The notes under the pieces: model-generated
Told to the model about the DNA's origin: nothing
Seen by the model: the letters and a program-made list of their open reading frames with translations, nothing else
Database searches by the model: none
Shown here: piece by piece, positions 28,360 through 41,630 of the stretch
How the letters are laid out: each line of letters starts with the position of its first letter
Position numbering within the stretch: position 1 is the first letter of the stretch
Source of the DNA: Eledone cirrhosa
Taxonomy: Eukaryota
DNA length: 64,000 bases
Reading direction: 5' to 3'
Assembly: GCA_964016885.1 (NCBI GenBank)
Contig: OZ024741.1
Coordinates: 381,920,001 to 381,984,000 of the forward strand
Translations under genes and position numbers: made by a program

Positions 28360-28960
28360 GTCAGGACACCAGTTGGTGCTACTGGTAACATGTATGCCAG
28401 TGCAACCTGACTGATGGTCGGGTCGTTGGCGACTAAACTGGCAACCCCACCAAGGGTTCTTGGTGAGGAGGGTGACTGTGGACATCCTGCTGGACTAAAA
28501 ACAAAACCTGTCAAAGGGCAAAGGAGTTCTTAAATATCAATGGCCATCGAAAATCACCGGGAGAGATGACCCCTTACCCTTTGTCAAGGCAAACTCTAGG
28601 TGAAGGAAAACTCTGATATAACACCCGCAATCCTGATGGTATGCAATGATGTTTACTTGTTCTTCTTTCTAGTAAATATCATCTTGGTTAAGAGAGTGGG
28701 TCTGGCTTTGTGCAGTGCCTTTGCTCACTATAACAGCTTCACGGCACAGGCATTGCTTTACATGTGGAGATCACTGTGCACTTGTCGTCACATGGTACCA
28801 TGGGCCCAGCATTATGTGTCAATAATTGTCACAAGTGTAGTGTTTGTACCAGAGTTTTCAAGGCATGACTAAAAATCCACACTCGTTCAGCGCATCGGTA
28901 GGGGTTCTCCTATATGGATATAAAGTAGTGGCCGTACTCGAAAACGAGTTGGCAGCCACC
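28360..28960 (+). mobile_element. Possible RTE-LINE 5' UTR-derived non-coding repeat
   Basis: GC-richer island between (TA)n tracts containing gcaaactctaggtgaaggaaaactctga, which resembles the RTE 5' UTR motif; no coding support. Confidence 0.35.
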
Positions 28961-29003
28961 ATATATATATATATATAAATATACGTACATATATATAGGT
29001 ATT

Positions 29004-29041
<38 letters not shown>

Positions 29042-29172
29042 GATAAATCTACCAAGAGTTTACGGTAGTGTCCAATCCGTATGAAGAACTCAATGTATTC
29101 CGGATATCATGGAAAGAAGAGATGTAATGAAAAACCACTTTCGGTGAAAGATAAACGGTATACAGAGTCAAG

Positions 29173-30195
29173 ATAAAATATTAAACAAATAATGAATAAA
29201 CAATTCCTTATATTAAACAAAAAAAGTTCATTATTTAACGATCGTTTCTAGGATATATATGTGTTAGAATTGGTATGCATATTCAACAGATCTATGTACA
29301 AAATTATACAAAATTATACAAATTATCAAGATTAAATATACATACCAAACACATATATACGCCGTCTTCAGAAATAATGAAGTATATTTATTGATAATAA
29401 CAACAATTCAAAATTTCAGTTCAAAATTGACCAATGAAAACACAAAGGGTTAAATGCAGTTCGGTGTGTGTATATACATGTAAAACCCTTACACATATTT
29501 TACAAAAATGTATGTATAATTTGTATACGCATACTAAAAGGATGGATGCAAATACAAAATTTCAAGGTTAATGTCTCTGTAAGCTTACAATGCGCAGATA
29601 AGATGCGCATTGATACTTATGAAGTCAAGTATATAAATATATTTTTTCATACTCACACATATCAGTACAATCACACATACACGCGCGTATATGCATAAAT
29701 ATACACATAACCACGAACATACAAACACACACACACCCCCACTCACATTTATATATGTGGATATAAAATCATAAGCACATGGATATTAATTCACTCACAT
29801 AAAACACTGGCACACACATTTTTAGATCAAGATACAGAAATTAGGTGGGAGGGGGGGGAGGGGTCAGTATTCAACTGTCTGAGCATACTGCCTAATATAA
29901 ATGTATCTATAAATTAAGAAAAATAAAAAAATAAAACAATAAAATATAATAAATATAATATAATATACATACACATACAGATATATACACATACAAACAT
30001 GTACACACACATAGAAATATTTACGCATACACACATACACACATACATATACAGTCATACACACACATACACCTACACGAACATACACATACACATATAT
30101 AAAGATATATATATACACACACACACACGCAACACATACACACATACACATATATATAAAAAATAAATAATAAAGATATATACATATATATATAT

Positions 30196-30237
<42 letters not shown>

Positions 30238-30626
30238 ACACACATACATCTAAATATACATACACATACATACACACATACATGTACATACATGTACATA
30301 CACATACGTACACCGATATACATATATATATATACATATATACACACACATAGACATATAGGTACATACACACACAACTTACATACACACATATATATAT
30401 ACATGTATATTCATACATAGAATTAGATATATAATCATACATACATATGCACTTACTTATACTCATATATACAAATACATACGCATCCATATATGCGTAT
30501 ATACATAAAAAACCACTACAACCTCACCTAACTCAGACATACAAATAAAAATAATAATAAAAAGGCATATGTATATACATACACACACGCATTAATAGAG
30601 ATATATATATACACACATACATACAC

Positions 30627-30685
<59 letters not shown>

Positions 30686-30691
30686 TACACT

Positions 30692-30741
<50 letters not shown>

Positions 30742-30809
30742 GATATCCACACACTCATACCACCATAAATACACATACAAACACCCACATATACATATAT
30801 ATACACACG

Positions 30810-30843
<34 letters not shown>

Positions 30844-31099
30844 TAAAAAACAGACATGCACATATATATATATTTTTTTACACTAATATATACACATATT
30901 ATATACACATACACAACCTCACTTATACACACATACACATAAGTTATATTATAATAATAAAGAATAATACATATATATATATATACATATACATATATAT
31001 ATATATATACATACATACATACATATACATACATACATATAAACATATACATACATAAATACACACATACGAATATAGACATATATTCACACATAGACA

Positions 31100-31152
<53 letters not shown>

Positions 31153-32264
31153 ATATACACAGACACATATACACACTCACATATATATATGTGTGTGTGT
31201 GCACACACACATATATACACACACACACACACATACACATAAAGACATACATATGCATACATGCACACACACACACATATATCACATAGATACGAAGATA
31301 AACATATAAATAGAGAGACATACATATATATACAACACACATACACACACATACATACACACGCATATACATATACATATATATATACATATATATATTC
31401 CTATATATACATGCATACACATATATACACATATATACACATACATACAGATATACGTACACACATTCACATACACATACATATATAATGCATATATACA
31501 CATATATACATACATATACACACTCATATATACACACGCAATCTTACATTCATATTTGCATGCGCATATATGTATTTTTATATTTAGATATAAATACCCA
31601 AACCTATATAGACACCTACCTACATATATATTCATACATAGACGCTTACAAATACAGATGATAATAGTATGGAGGAAAGGGGGGGTTTGGAGAAGGGGAT
31701 CAAAGTAAATATATGTTTCAAGAAACATAGAATATTTTCCGTATCTTTATCCAATGTATGTTCTTACATATTTTCAGTGTTAGGAAATACAAACAAGAAC
31801 TAAGGCAAAATCTATGCATCTCAAAATAAATAAGTATACCATTAATCATATGTTAACTAAACCAAAGATAGTCAACATATTGATTTCTAAGGTGTAAATT
31901 AGTTAGGTTTATAATATTTGAAGCAGAATTTTGAAGTTAAACAGTAGTAGATTATTAATTACAGTATAACTAAATTAAAGTTAATAACGTTATGGTATCA
32001 ATATTAGGAAATGAATTTAGTAATAGGGAAAAAAAACACAAATAAAAATAAAATAAAGTATTACATCGGTAGTAGAATATAAATTATATGTTAACTAAAT
32101 TAAAAATTATATATTTATTTCAATAGTATATGTTAATTAGGTATACAATACATAAAGCAGATATTGTATTTCATCAATAGCATAATATAATTATATGCAA
32201 ATAGAAATCAAAATTAATACGCATACATATACGTATACATACACATACATATATACATATATAT

Positions 32265-32311
<47 letters not shown>

Positions 32312-32838
32312 TACATACATACACATATACATACACACACACACATACACATACACACATACATATACATATCTTTTTCAAAAAATTGCATAGAATATAT
32401 TAACTAGGTATATATCCAAAACACATCCCATTCTATGATTACATGACATTCTGCAATTCGTCTGTATAAGGATACTAATTTTAAGCAAATTAAAATTAAA
32501 ATTTTTAGGTTGATTAAAACTAAAACCAAATAATAAATATATTTCTAAAATGTATATTAATTAGGTCTATAATACTAAAAATTATTTCTCTGTCATTGGA
32601 TACACGATATTATTTTGTTATATTTTATCTGTAAAAGAATTATAATAAAAGGTTTAAATGAATTAAAATTAATCTATAAATTAAATTACTAAGTATATAT
32701 TAGTAATATTTAAAGGTTTTTCACAATTTATGATTACATAATATTTTATATTCTCATCTGTAATAAAATATTAATTAAATTAAATTTATAGGTTAACTAA
32801 CATTTAAATTAAATTAATTTCTAAAATAATGTTATTAA
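29173..32838 (-). repeat. Left inverted arm (antisense copy of the whole 3' UTR/pLTR)
   Basis: Reverse complement of 35484-39148, including mirrored microsatellite blocks (identical 148-aa and 76-aa spurious ORFs on opposite strands). Confidence 0.95.
29227..29381 (-). ncRNA. Mirror copy of the long-stem-II hammerhead
   Basis: Reverse complement of 38940-39094. Confidence 0.8.
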
Positions 32839-33045
32839 ACTCTTGGTAGATTTATCTACATAATTTTAAACTCTTGGTAGATGTATCTACATAATTTTGC
32901 TCCTATTTTCACTGAAATATTCGTATTTTTGTACTGTATGTGTGTATTAATTTTATATTTATGTATAAACATATATATATGTATGATTTTGTAAACCCAT
33001 ATACATTTAGTTGAGCTCTTTCAATTGTCCATCATCCATATCACA

Positions 33046-35487
33046 ATGGAAAAACAATATTTAGGAACCTCCTTAAAAAACATACCAATACCTTCTAAGG
33101 ACGACTTCTTACTCCTTATGATTCAGAAAACTAATAATTTTATCAGAAGGGTTAGATGGAGAGCCTACCACTTCGATAGAAAATCTAAACAAGCAGATCG
33201 GAAATATATGTATGATTTCAATACTTACAAGAATCCACCACACAACTTTTTACTTGAAGACTTCGAGAAAGACCTTTTTAATTTAATTAAACACCTCAAA
33301 TTTAAAAAGTATAAATCCGTCTTTCAAAAGGACCTTGATTCTACCCTATTGGACCTAAAAAAGTCTAAAAAAATCCATGTCCACTCGGACAAAACTGGTA
33401 ACTTGTATCATATGGATATTGAACATTATAACGAGTTCATATATAAAGAACTCAGAAAAAATTATAAAAAATCTAATAATTTGTCACTCACCAACATCAA
33501 CAACAAAACACACAACATAGTAAAAAAACTAAACATTGAAGATAGAACTGAACCTTTGGCATTGAAAAGACCACACTTCAACCTGAAAGATCACAAATCT
33601 AACTTTAACTCAAATCCTTCTATTAGACTTATATGTCCCTCCAAATCAGATATTGGAATAATTAGCAAAAAAATTTTAGATAGAGTCATCCCACAAATAA
33701 GAAAACATGTTATTTTACCACTCTGGGAAAACACCTCCCAGGTAATTAACTGGTTTAAAAATATTAGGTGTAAATCTTCTGCTTCTTTCCTACAATTTGA
33801 TATAGATAATTACTATTCTTCTATATCACCTATACTCCTGAACAAAGCATTGATATTTGCTAAAAATAGATCTAACTTAACTTTGGATGACATTAACATT
33901 ATTACACATGCTAGACTAACACTTATTGAATTTCAGAATGAATACTGGACCAGAAACACATACAGTAATCTTTTTGATATTACTATGGGTTCAAGCGATT
34001 CCGCCCAAATTACTGATCTTGTGGGCCTCTTTCTCCTTTTCAACATAAATGCCTCTTTTCCCCACCTCAAAGGTGGTTTATATCGTGATGACTGTCTTCT
34101 TCTTTCTAACAACCTTAGCCTTTCAGAAATCGAAAAAAACAAAAAACATATTAGAACTTTCCTTAAAGACTATTATAATCTTAATATTACTTTTGAAAAA
34201 ACAAGTAAAGTAGTAAATTTCCTAGATATAACTTTAGATTTAGCTACGGGTATCTACCAACCTTACCATAAACCTAACCAAAACTTACATTACATACACT
34301 CACAATCTAATCACCCTAAATCTATCCTTAAAAACCTTGCATATAATATATCACTTAGAATTTCTAACCTTTCTTCTAACCAAGATGTATTTGATAAAAA
34401 TGCGACCTTCTATAACGAAGCTCTAGATAGAAGTGGCCACAAAAATAGATTAGAGTATATACCTTCTACTAAAAATACTGAAAGCATACAACATAATATT
34501 ATCAACAAACACCAAATGAAAAGTACACACCTAAATGCCACCCACACTATACCCCAAAATACTAAATATTCTAATATAAAGTATAGTAACTCTCAAAAAA
34601 CTACTCATCATACAACTATAATAAATATTAATAATAAAACTCCTAATAAAAAGGATAAAACACCTAAATCTACAAATATAACTAAATATAATTGTGGTGA
34701 GATCATTAACATTAATCCTCCTAGTAAAAATCACGATACAACCTATAAAAATAATAAAAATAATAAACAACATAGAAACCGTAATAGACGGGTTACTTGG
34801 TATAATGCTCCTTTTAATTTACAAGTTAAGGATAATATTGCTAAAAAATTTTTTTATATCCTTGAGAAAAACTTCCCGCCAAACCACAAATACCATCAAA
34901 TCTTAAATAGGTCTACAGTTAAATTCTCATACTCTACAACAAATAACATAAAACAAAATATAAGTGCATATAATGCATATAAATGTAAGAAAACCATAAG
35001 TATACCACCAGTACATCAAATTAACCATAATATCTCCTCAAATACAGAATTAACGAAAGGATGTAACTGTAGAAACAAAGCAAACTGCCCATTAAAAGGG
35101 AATTGTCTTGTTAACAACATAGTCTATAAATGTAATGTTAAAACTAAAGATTCTATTTGCTCATATATAGGAGCTACCTCTAACAATTTTAAGACAAGGT
35201 TTAATTCCCACAAGCATAGTTTTAAAAATGCCGCACTGGCTAATACAACATCTCTAGCAGAAAAAATCAATAGTTATAAAAATAAGAATATAAAATATGA
35301 TTTGACCTGGAGTGTGCTCAAAAGAGCCACCCCTTATCAAAATAATAGAAATGAATGTAGATTATGTTCCCAAGAACTATTTGAAATAATGAAGTCTACG
35401 GATATCTTATTAAATAAACGACAGGAATTAATTATATCGTGTAATCATAAACTAAAAAAAACATTTAAATATTATAAACCTAATTAA
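33046..35487 (+). CDS. PLE reverse transcriptase + C-terminal GIY-YIG endonuclease (813 aa from first ATG; frame open from at least 33025)
   Basis: SLKNIPIPS, FIRRVRWRA, DKTGNLY, LKDHKSNF, QFDIDNYYSSI, DITMGSSD, LYRDD, NFLDITLDL, SNHP, WYNAPF, CNCRNKANCPLKGNCL, IVYKC...YIGAT, RFNSHKHSF, CRLC, LLNKRQEL...CNH; no stops. Confidence 0.95.
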   Translation: MEKQYLGTSLKNIPIPSKDDFLLLMIQKTNNFIRRVRWRAYHFDRKSKQADRKYMYDFNTYKNPPHNFLLEDFEKDLFNLIKHLKFKKYKSVFQKDLDSTLLDLKKSKKIHVHSDKTGNLYHMDIEHYNEFIYKELRKNYKKSNNLSLTNINNKTHNIVKKLNIEDRTEPLALKRPHFNLKDHKSNFNSNPSIRLICPSKSDIGIISKKILDRVIPQIRKHVILPLWENTSQVINWFKNIRCKSSASFLQFDIDNYYSSISPILLNKALIFAKNRSNLTLDDINIITHARLTLIEFQNEYWTRNTYSNLFDITMGSSDSAQITDLVGLFLLFNINASFPHLKGGLYRDDCLLLSNNLSLSEIEKNKKHIRTFLKDYYNLNITFEKTSKVVNFLDITLDLATGIYQPYHKPNQNLHYIHSQSNHPKSILKNLAYNISLRISNLSSNQDVFDKNATFYNEALDRSGHKNRLEYIPSTKNTESIQHNIINKHQMKSTHLNATHTIPQNTKYSNIKYSNSQKTTHHTTIININNKTPNKKDKTPKSTNITKYNCGEIININPPSKNHDTTYKNNKNNKQHRNRNRRVTWYNAPFNLQVKDNIAKKFFYILEKNFPPNHKYHQILNRSTVKFSYSTTNNIKQNISAYNAYKCKKTISIPPVHQINHNISSNTELTKGCNCRNKANCPLKGNCLVNNIVYKCNVKTKDSICSYIGATSNNFKTRFNSHKHSFKNAALANTTSLAEKINSYKNKNIKYDLTWSVLKRATPYQNNRNECRLCSQELFEIMKSTDILLNKRQELIISCNHKLKKTFKYYKPN

Positions 35488-36010
35488 TAACATTATTTTA
35501 GAAATTAATTTAATTTAAATGTTAGTTAACCTATAAATTTAATTTAATTAATATTTTATTACAGATGAGAATATAAAATATTATGTAATCATAAATTGTG
35601 AAAAACCTTTAAATATTACTAATATATACTTAGTAATTTAATTTATAGATTAATTTTAATTTATTTAAACCTTTTATTATAATTCTTTTACAGATAAAAT
35701 ATAACAAAATAATATCGTGTATCCAATGACAGAGAAATAATTTTTAGTATTATAGACCTAATTAATATGCATTTTAGAAATATATTTATTATTTGGTTTT
35801 AGTTTTAATCAACCTAAAAATTTTAATTTTAATTTGCTTAAAATTAGTATCCTTATACAGACGAATTGCAGAATGTCATGTAATCATAGAATGGGATGTG
35901 TTTTGGATATATACCTAGTTAATATATTCTATGCAATTTTTTGAAAAAGATATGTATATGTATGTGTGTATGTGTATGTGTGTGTGTGTATGTATATGTG
36001 TATGTATGTA

Positions 36011-36059
<49 letters not shown>

Positions 36060-37171
36060 ATATATATGTATATATGTATGTGTATGTATACGTATATGTA
36101 TGCGTATTAATTTTGATTTCTATTTGCATATAATTATATTATGCTATTGATGAAATACAATATCTGCTTTATGTATTGTATACCTAATTAACATATACTA
36201 TTGAAATAAATATATAATTTTTAATTTAGTTAACATATAATTTATATTCTACTACCGATGTAATACTTTATTTTATTTTTATTTGTGTTTTTTTTCCCTA
36301 TTACTAAATTCATTTCCTAATATTGATACCATAACGTTATTAACTTTAATTTAGTTATACTGTAATTAATAATCTACTACTGTTTAACTTCAAAATTCTG
36401 CTTCAAATATTATAAACCTAACTAATTTACACCTTAGAAATCAATATGTTGACTATCTTTGGTTTAGTTAACATATGATTAATGGTATACTTATTTATTT
36501 TGAGATGCATAGATTTTGCCTTAGTTCTTGTTTGTATTTCCTAACACTGAAAATATGTAAGAACATACATTGGATAAAGATACGGAAAATATTCTATGTT
36601 TCTTGAAACATATATTTACTTTGATCCCCTTCTCCAAACCCCCCCTTTCCTCCATACTATTATCATCTGTATTTGTAAGCGTCTATGTATGAATATATAT
36701 GTAGGTAGGTGTCTATATAGGTTTGGGTATTTATATCTAAATATAAAAATACATATATGCGCATGCAAATATGAATGTAAGATTGCGTGTGTATATATGA
36801 GTGTGTATATGTATGTATATATGTGTATATATGCATTATATATGTATGTGTATGTGAATGTGTGTACGTATATCTGTATGTATGTGTATATATGTGTATA
36901 TATGTGTATGCATGTATATATAGGAATATATATATGTATATATATATGTATATGTATATGCGTGTGTATGTATGTGTGTGTATGTGTGTTGTATATATAT
37001 GTATGTCTCTCTATTTATATGTTTATCTTCGTATCTATGTGATATATGTGTGTGTGTGTGCATGTATGCATATGTATGTCTTTATGTGTATGTGTGTGTG
37101 TGTGTGTATATATGTGTGTGTGCACACACACACATATATATATGTGAGTGTGTATATGTGTCTGTGTATAT

Positions 37172-37224
<53 letters not shown>

Positions 37225-37323
37225 TGTCTATGTGTGAATATATGTCTATATTCGTATGTGTGTATTTATGTATGTATATGTTTATATGTATGTATGTATA
37301 TGTATGTATGTATGTATATATAT

Positions 37324-37358
<35 letters not shown>

Positions 37359-37480
37359 ATTCTTTATTATTATAATATAACTTATGTGTATGTGTGTATA
37401 AGTGAGGTTGTGTATGTGTATATAATATGTGTATATATAAGTGTAAAAAAATATATATATATGTGCATGTCTGTTTTTTA

Positions 37481-37512
<32 letters not shown>

Positions 37513-37580
37513 CGTGTGTATATATATGTATATGTGGGTGTTTGTATGTGTATTTATGGTGGTATGAGTGTGTGGATATC

Positions 37581-37624
<44 letters not shown>

Positions 37625-37630
37625 AGTGTA

Positions 37631-37689
<59 letters not shown>

Positions 37690-38078
37690 GTGTATGTATG
37701 TGTGTATATATATATCTCTATTAATGCGTGTGTGTATGTATATACATATGCCTTTTTATTATTATTTTTATTTGTATGTCTGAGTTAGGTGAGGTTGTAG
37801 TGGTTTTTTATGTATATACGCATATATGGATGCGTATGTATTTGTATATATGAGTATAAGTAAGTGCATATGTATGTATGATTATATATCTAATTCTATG
37901 TATGAATATACATGTATATATATATGTGTGTATGTAAGTTGTGTGTGTATGTACCTATATGTCTATGTGTGTGTATATATGTATATATATATATGTATAT
38001 CGGTGTACGTATGTGTATGTACATGTATGTACATGTATGTGTGTATGTATGTGTATGTATATTTAGATGTATGTGTGT

Positions 38079-38124
<46 letters not shown>

Positions 38125-39139
38125 ATATATATATATGTATATATCTTTATTATTTATTTTTATATATATATGTGTATGTGTGTATGTGTTGCGTGTGTGT
38201 GTGTGTATATATATATCTTTATATATGTGTATGTGTATGTTCGTGTAGGTGTATGTGTGTGTATGACTGTATATGTATGTGTGTATGTGTGTATGCGTAA
38301 ATATTTCTATGTGTGTGTACATGTTTGTATGTGTATATATCTGTATGTGTATGTATATTATATTATATTTATTATATTTTATTGTTTTATTTTTTTATTT
38401 TTCTTAATTTATAGATACATTTATATTAGGCAGTATGCTCAGACAGTTGAATACTGACCCCTCCCCCCCCTCCCCCCTAATTTCTGTATCTTGATCTAAA
38501 AATGTGTGTGCCAGTGTTTTATGTGAGTGAATTAATATCCATGTGCTTATGATTTTATATCCACATATATAAATGTGAGTGGGGGTGTGTGTGTGTTTGT
38601 ATGTTCGTGGTTATGTGTATATTTATGCATATACGCGCGTGTATGTGTGATTGTACTGATATGTGTGAGTATGAAAAAATATATTTATATACTTGACTTC
38701 ATAAGTATCAATGCGCATCTTATCTGCGCATTGTAAGCTTACAGAGACATTAACCTTGAAATTTTGTATTTGCATCCATCCTTTTAGTATGCGTATACAA
38801 ATTATACATACATTTTTGTAAAATATGTGTAAGGGTTTTACATGTATATACACACACCGAACTGCATTTAACCCTTTGTGTTTTCATTGGTCAATTTTGA
38901 ACTGAAATTTTGAATTGTTGTTATTATCAATAAATATACTTCATTATTTCTGAAGACGGCGTATATATGTGTTTGGTATGTATATTTAATCTTGATAATT
39001 TGTATAATTTTGTATAATTTTGTACATAGATCTGTTGAATATGCATACCAATTCTAACACATATATATCCTAGAAACGATCGTTAAATAATGAACTTTTT
39101 TTGTTTAATATAAGGAATTGTTTATTCATTATTTGTTTA

Positions 39140-39148
<9 letters not shown>
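35484..39148 (+). repeat. Right arm: 3.67-kb microsatellite-rich 3' UTR/pLTR
   Basis: Starts at the ORF stop codon (TAA 35485-35487), ends ...aatattttat then (TA)n. Confidence 0.95.
38940..39094 (+). ncRNA. Type I hammerhead ribozyme with ~115-nt stem II
   Basis: ttcattattt-CTGAAGA-[long hairpin]-GAAAC-gatc-GTT-aaataatgaa; perfect 10-bp stem I; palindromic stem III. Confidence 0.8.
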
Positions 39149-39200
<52 letters not shown>

Positions 39201-39224
39201 GCATATATATATATACATATATAT

Positions 39225-39307
<83 letters not shown>

Positions 39308-39309
<2 letters not shown>

Positions 39310-41380
39310 TATTAAAAAAACAGATTAAAATTTAAGCAAAGAATCGCTGCTTTCACCCTTAACGGGATCTTCTGAAACTAACAAAGTCAATCTGTAAACG
39401 CAGAAGTGGATATTTCAAAAAACGTTGCAACCGGAGGAAGACAGGAAGACGATACTTTGGTTCGTGGAAACGTTCGCTGGCAGAGAACGGAAAAAAAACG
39501 AATATAATACGTCATTAATAAGAGCGGTGAAACACGATTGCTCGAAGTGGATTTGTCGATAAGGTAGCACATACAGAGTACGAAAATAGACATAGCAGAA
39601 ATAGATCCCGTCGCATTTGTTGGTATAACCCACCATATAATATGGAGGTCGCCACACCATTAGCTAATATCTTCATTTCACTTATTACGAAGCATTTTCC
39701 CCCTACACATAAACATAGTAAACATTTTTAATAGAAATACTATTAAAATTTCTTACTCTACGACTCCTAACCTTGCACATAACATCACAGCTTCAAATTT
39801 AGCTAAACTACCTAGCTGTAGGAACACGTGCAACCCTGTAGTTAGTAATAACTGTAATTGTAGGAATCGGGTTGATTGCCCCCTATCCGGAAAATGTCTC
39901 TCTAGTAACATTGTCTACAAATGTAAGGTTGTAACACCCACGTCCCGTAGGGCCTACTTAGGGTTAACCGCCACTAGATTCAAGCAGCGTCTCTACATGC
40001 ATACCCATTCTTTTCGTTACCCTCTAAGAAGGAATATGACGTCACTTTCAGCTTATATCTGGAGTCTAAAAGACAACCAGACCCAATATAAGTTATACTG
40101 AGAGATTCTAGCTAGGGCTAGATCGTATAACGGAAATAAAATCCATGTGACCTTTGCGCTGCTGAGGCCCTGGAAATACTCTACGCCACAGACCACATCT
40201 TAAACAAAAAATCTGAGGCAATTTCGGCTTAAATTGCACAAAACTTTCCTGTATTACAGTCCCACATTATACCCTAACGGATAGTACGATCTATACGTGG
40301 ATATTTTACATCTTGATGTGGGAGCTAAGTATATGTTTTGTTTATACCATTACTTATTTGCAAAGGTAAGTATATATTACCCGTATGTTTCGTGAAGGTA
40401 CGTATACCTTCTCGTACGTATATTTGATTGTTTATGTTATGGCGTATAATTTTATATATTCTGGTACATATGGTTTGGCTATGTGTATACGGGAGTTTTG
40501 CGTATGTGTGAGTATGCAGGTTCGTACGTATGTAGGGTGTGTGTATATGTGTACTTTTTGTTTTCGTTGACTTACGTCTCCGAACATTCGTGTATTTACA
40601 TGTAGGTATGTGTGTGTGCTTGTTATATACGTATTTATTTATTTATATACGTTTATATAATTATTTATTTAATTGTATACACGCATACACACACACACAT
40701 ATTTATATGTGCGTGGCTTTGTATACCTATGGTAAGTGTTTTGCGCATGCTTGTGTATGTACGTATTTGTTTGCGTGTATGTATTTATTTATTTCGATTA
40801 CTTCTGTATTGTATTTATTTACTTTGTCCTTAACTCTGTAGCGGAGATTCATTCGGTCTCCTAGTTAGAATTTTAGTCTGCGACTTCTGCTATACCATTT
40901 ACGTAGTTTTGTCTTTGCGTGCTATTGTTCTCCACGCCCCACAAATGACGTATTACCTTTGTTTTTTTCGTTCATTGCCAGAGAACATCTCTATGAACCA
41001 CTTAAGAGAACATTAGTCTACGACCTCTTTTATACCATAAACGTGGTTCTGTCTTTGCGCGTAATTGTTTTTCACCGCTCCTTTTAATGACGTATTATTC
41101 GTTTTTTTCCCGTTCTCTGCCAGCGAACGTTTCCACGAACCAAAGTATCGTCTTCCTGTCTTCCTCCGGCTGAAACGTTTTTTGAAATATCCACTTCTGC
41201 GTTTACAGATTGACTTTGTTAGTTTCAGAAGATCCCGTTAAGGGTGAAAGCAGCGATTCTTTGCTTAAACTTTAATCTGTTATTTTAATAAATATTTGCT
41301 CTACGTTTCTTATATATTTGATATATATTTATCCTTATCGAGCCCTCTTTGGATTTTAGTCTTCAAATTTATTATTATTA
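39308..41380 (+). mobile_element. 5'-truncated Naiad-type PLE with inverted terminal arms
   Basis: Arms ~39308-39545 and ~41058-41293. Interior ~39640-40240 encodes KHFPPTHK...KISYSTTPNL...CNCRNRVDCPLSGKCL...YLGLT...CDLC...LNKKSE with lesions. Confidence 0.85.
41221..41271 (+). ncRNA. Type I hammerhead with CAGAAGA core (mirror at ~39329-39379)
   Basis: agttt-CAGAAGA-tccc gttaa gggt-GAAA-gca...tgc-TT-aaact. Confidence 0.6.
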
Positions 41381-41480
41381 CTATGTATATATATATATAT
41401 ATACGGGATATACATATATATATATATATAATTATATATATAGATACTTATACATTTATATAATATACATGTATATATAC

Positions 41481-41630
<150 letters not shown>

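Larger units (their letters stand above)
29037..39148 (+). mobile_element. Naiad-type Penelope-like retroelement, intact, with giant inverted pLTRs
   Basis: Intact RT + GIY-YIG ORF; arms 29173-32838 and 35484-39148; HHR in each arm; (TA)n on both flanks. Confidence 0.93.

Noticed and set aside
29173-39148. Giant inverted repeats as DNA-transposon TIRs (Polinton, Foldback, Mutator)
   Set aside because: The enclosed ORF is a PLE RT-endonuclease, the arm equals its 3' UTR with an HHR, the ends are asymmetric, and no transposase or integrase is present.
33046-40240. Selenocysteine recoding, known for some Naiad elements
   Set aside because: The intact ORF has ordinary Cys codons and no in-frame TGA; the TGA at ~40099 in the decayed copy sits at a conserved Trp position (TGG to TGA decay). 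No SECIS recognised.
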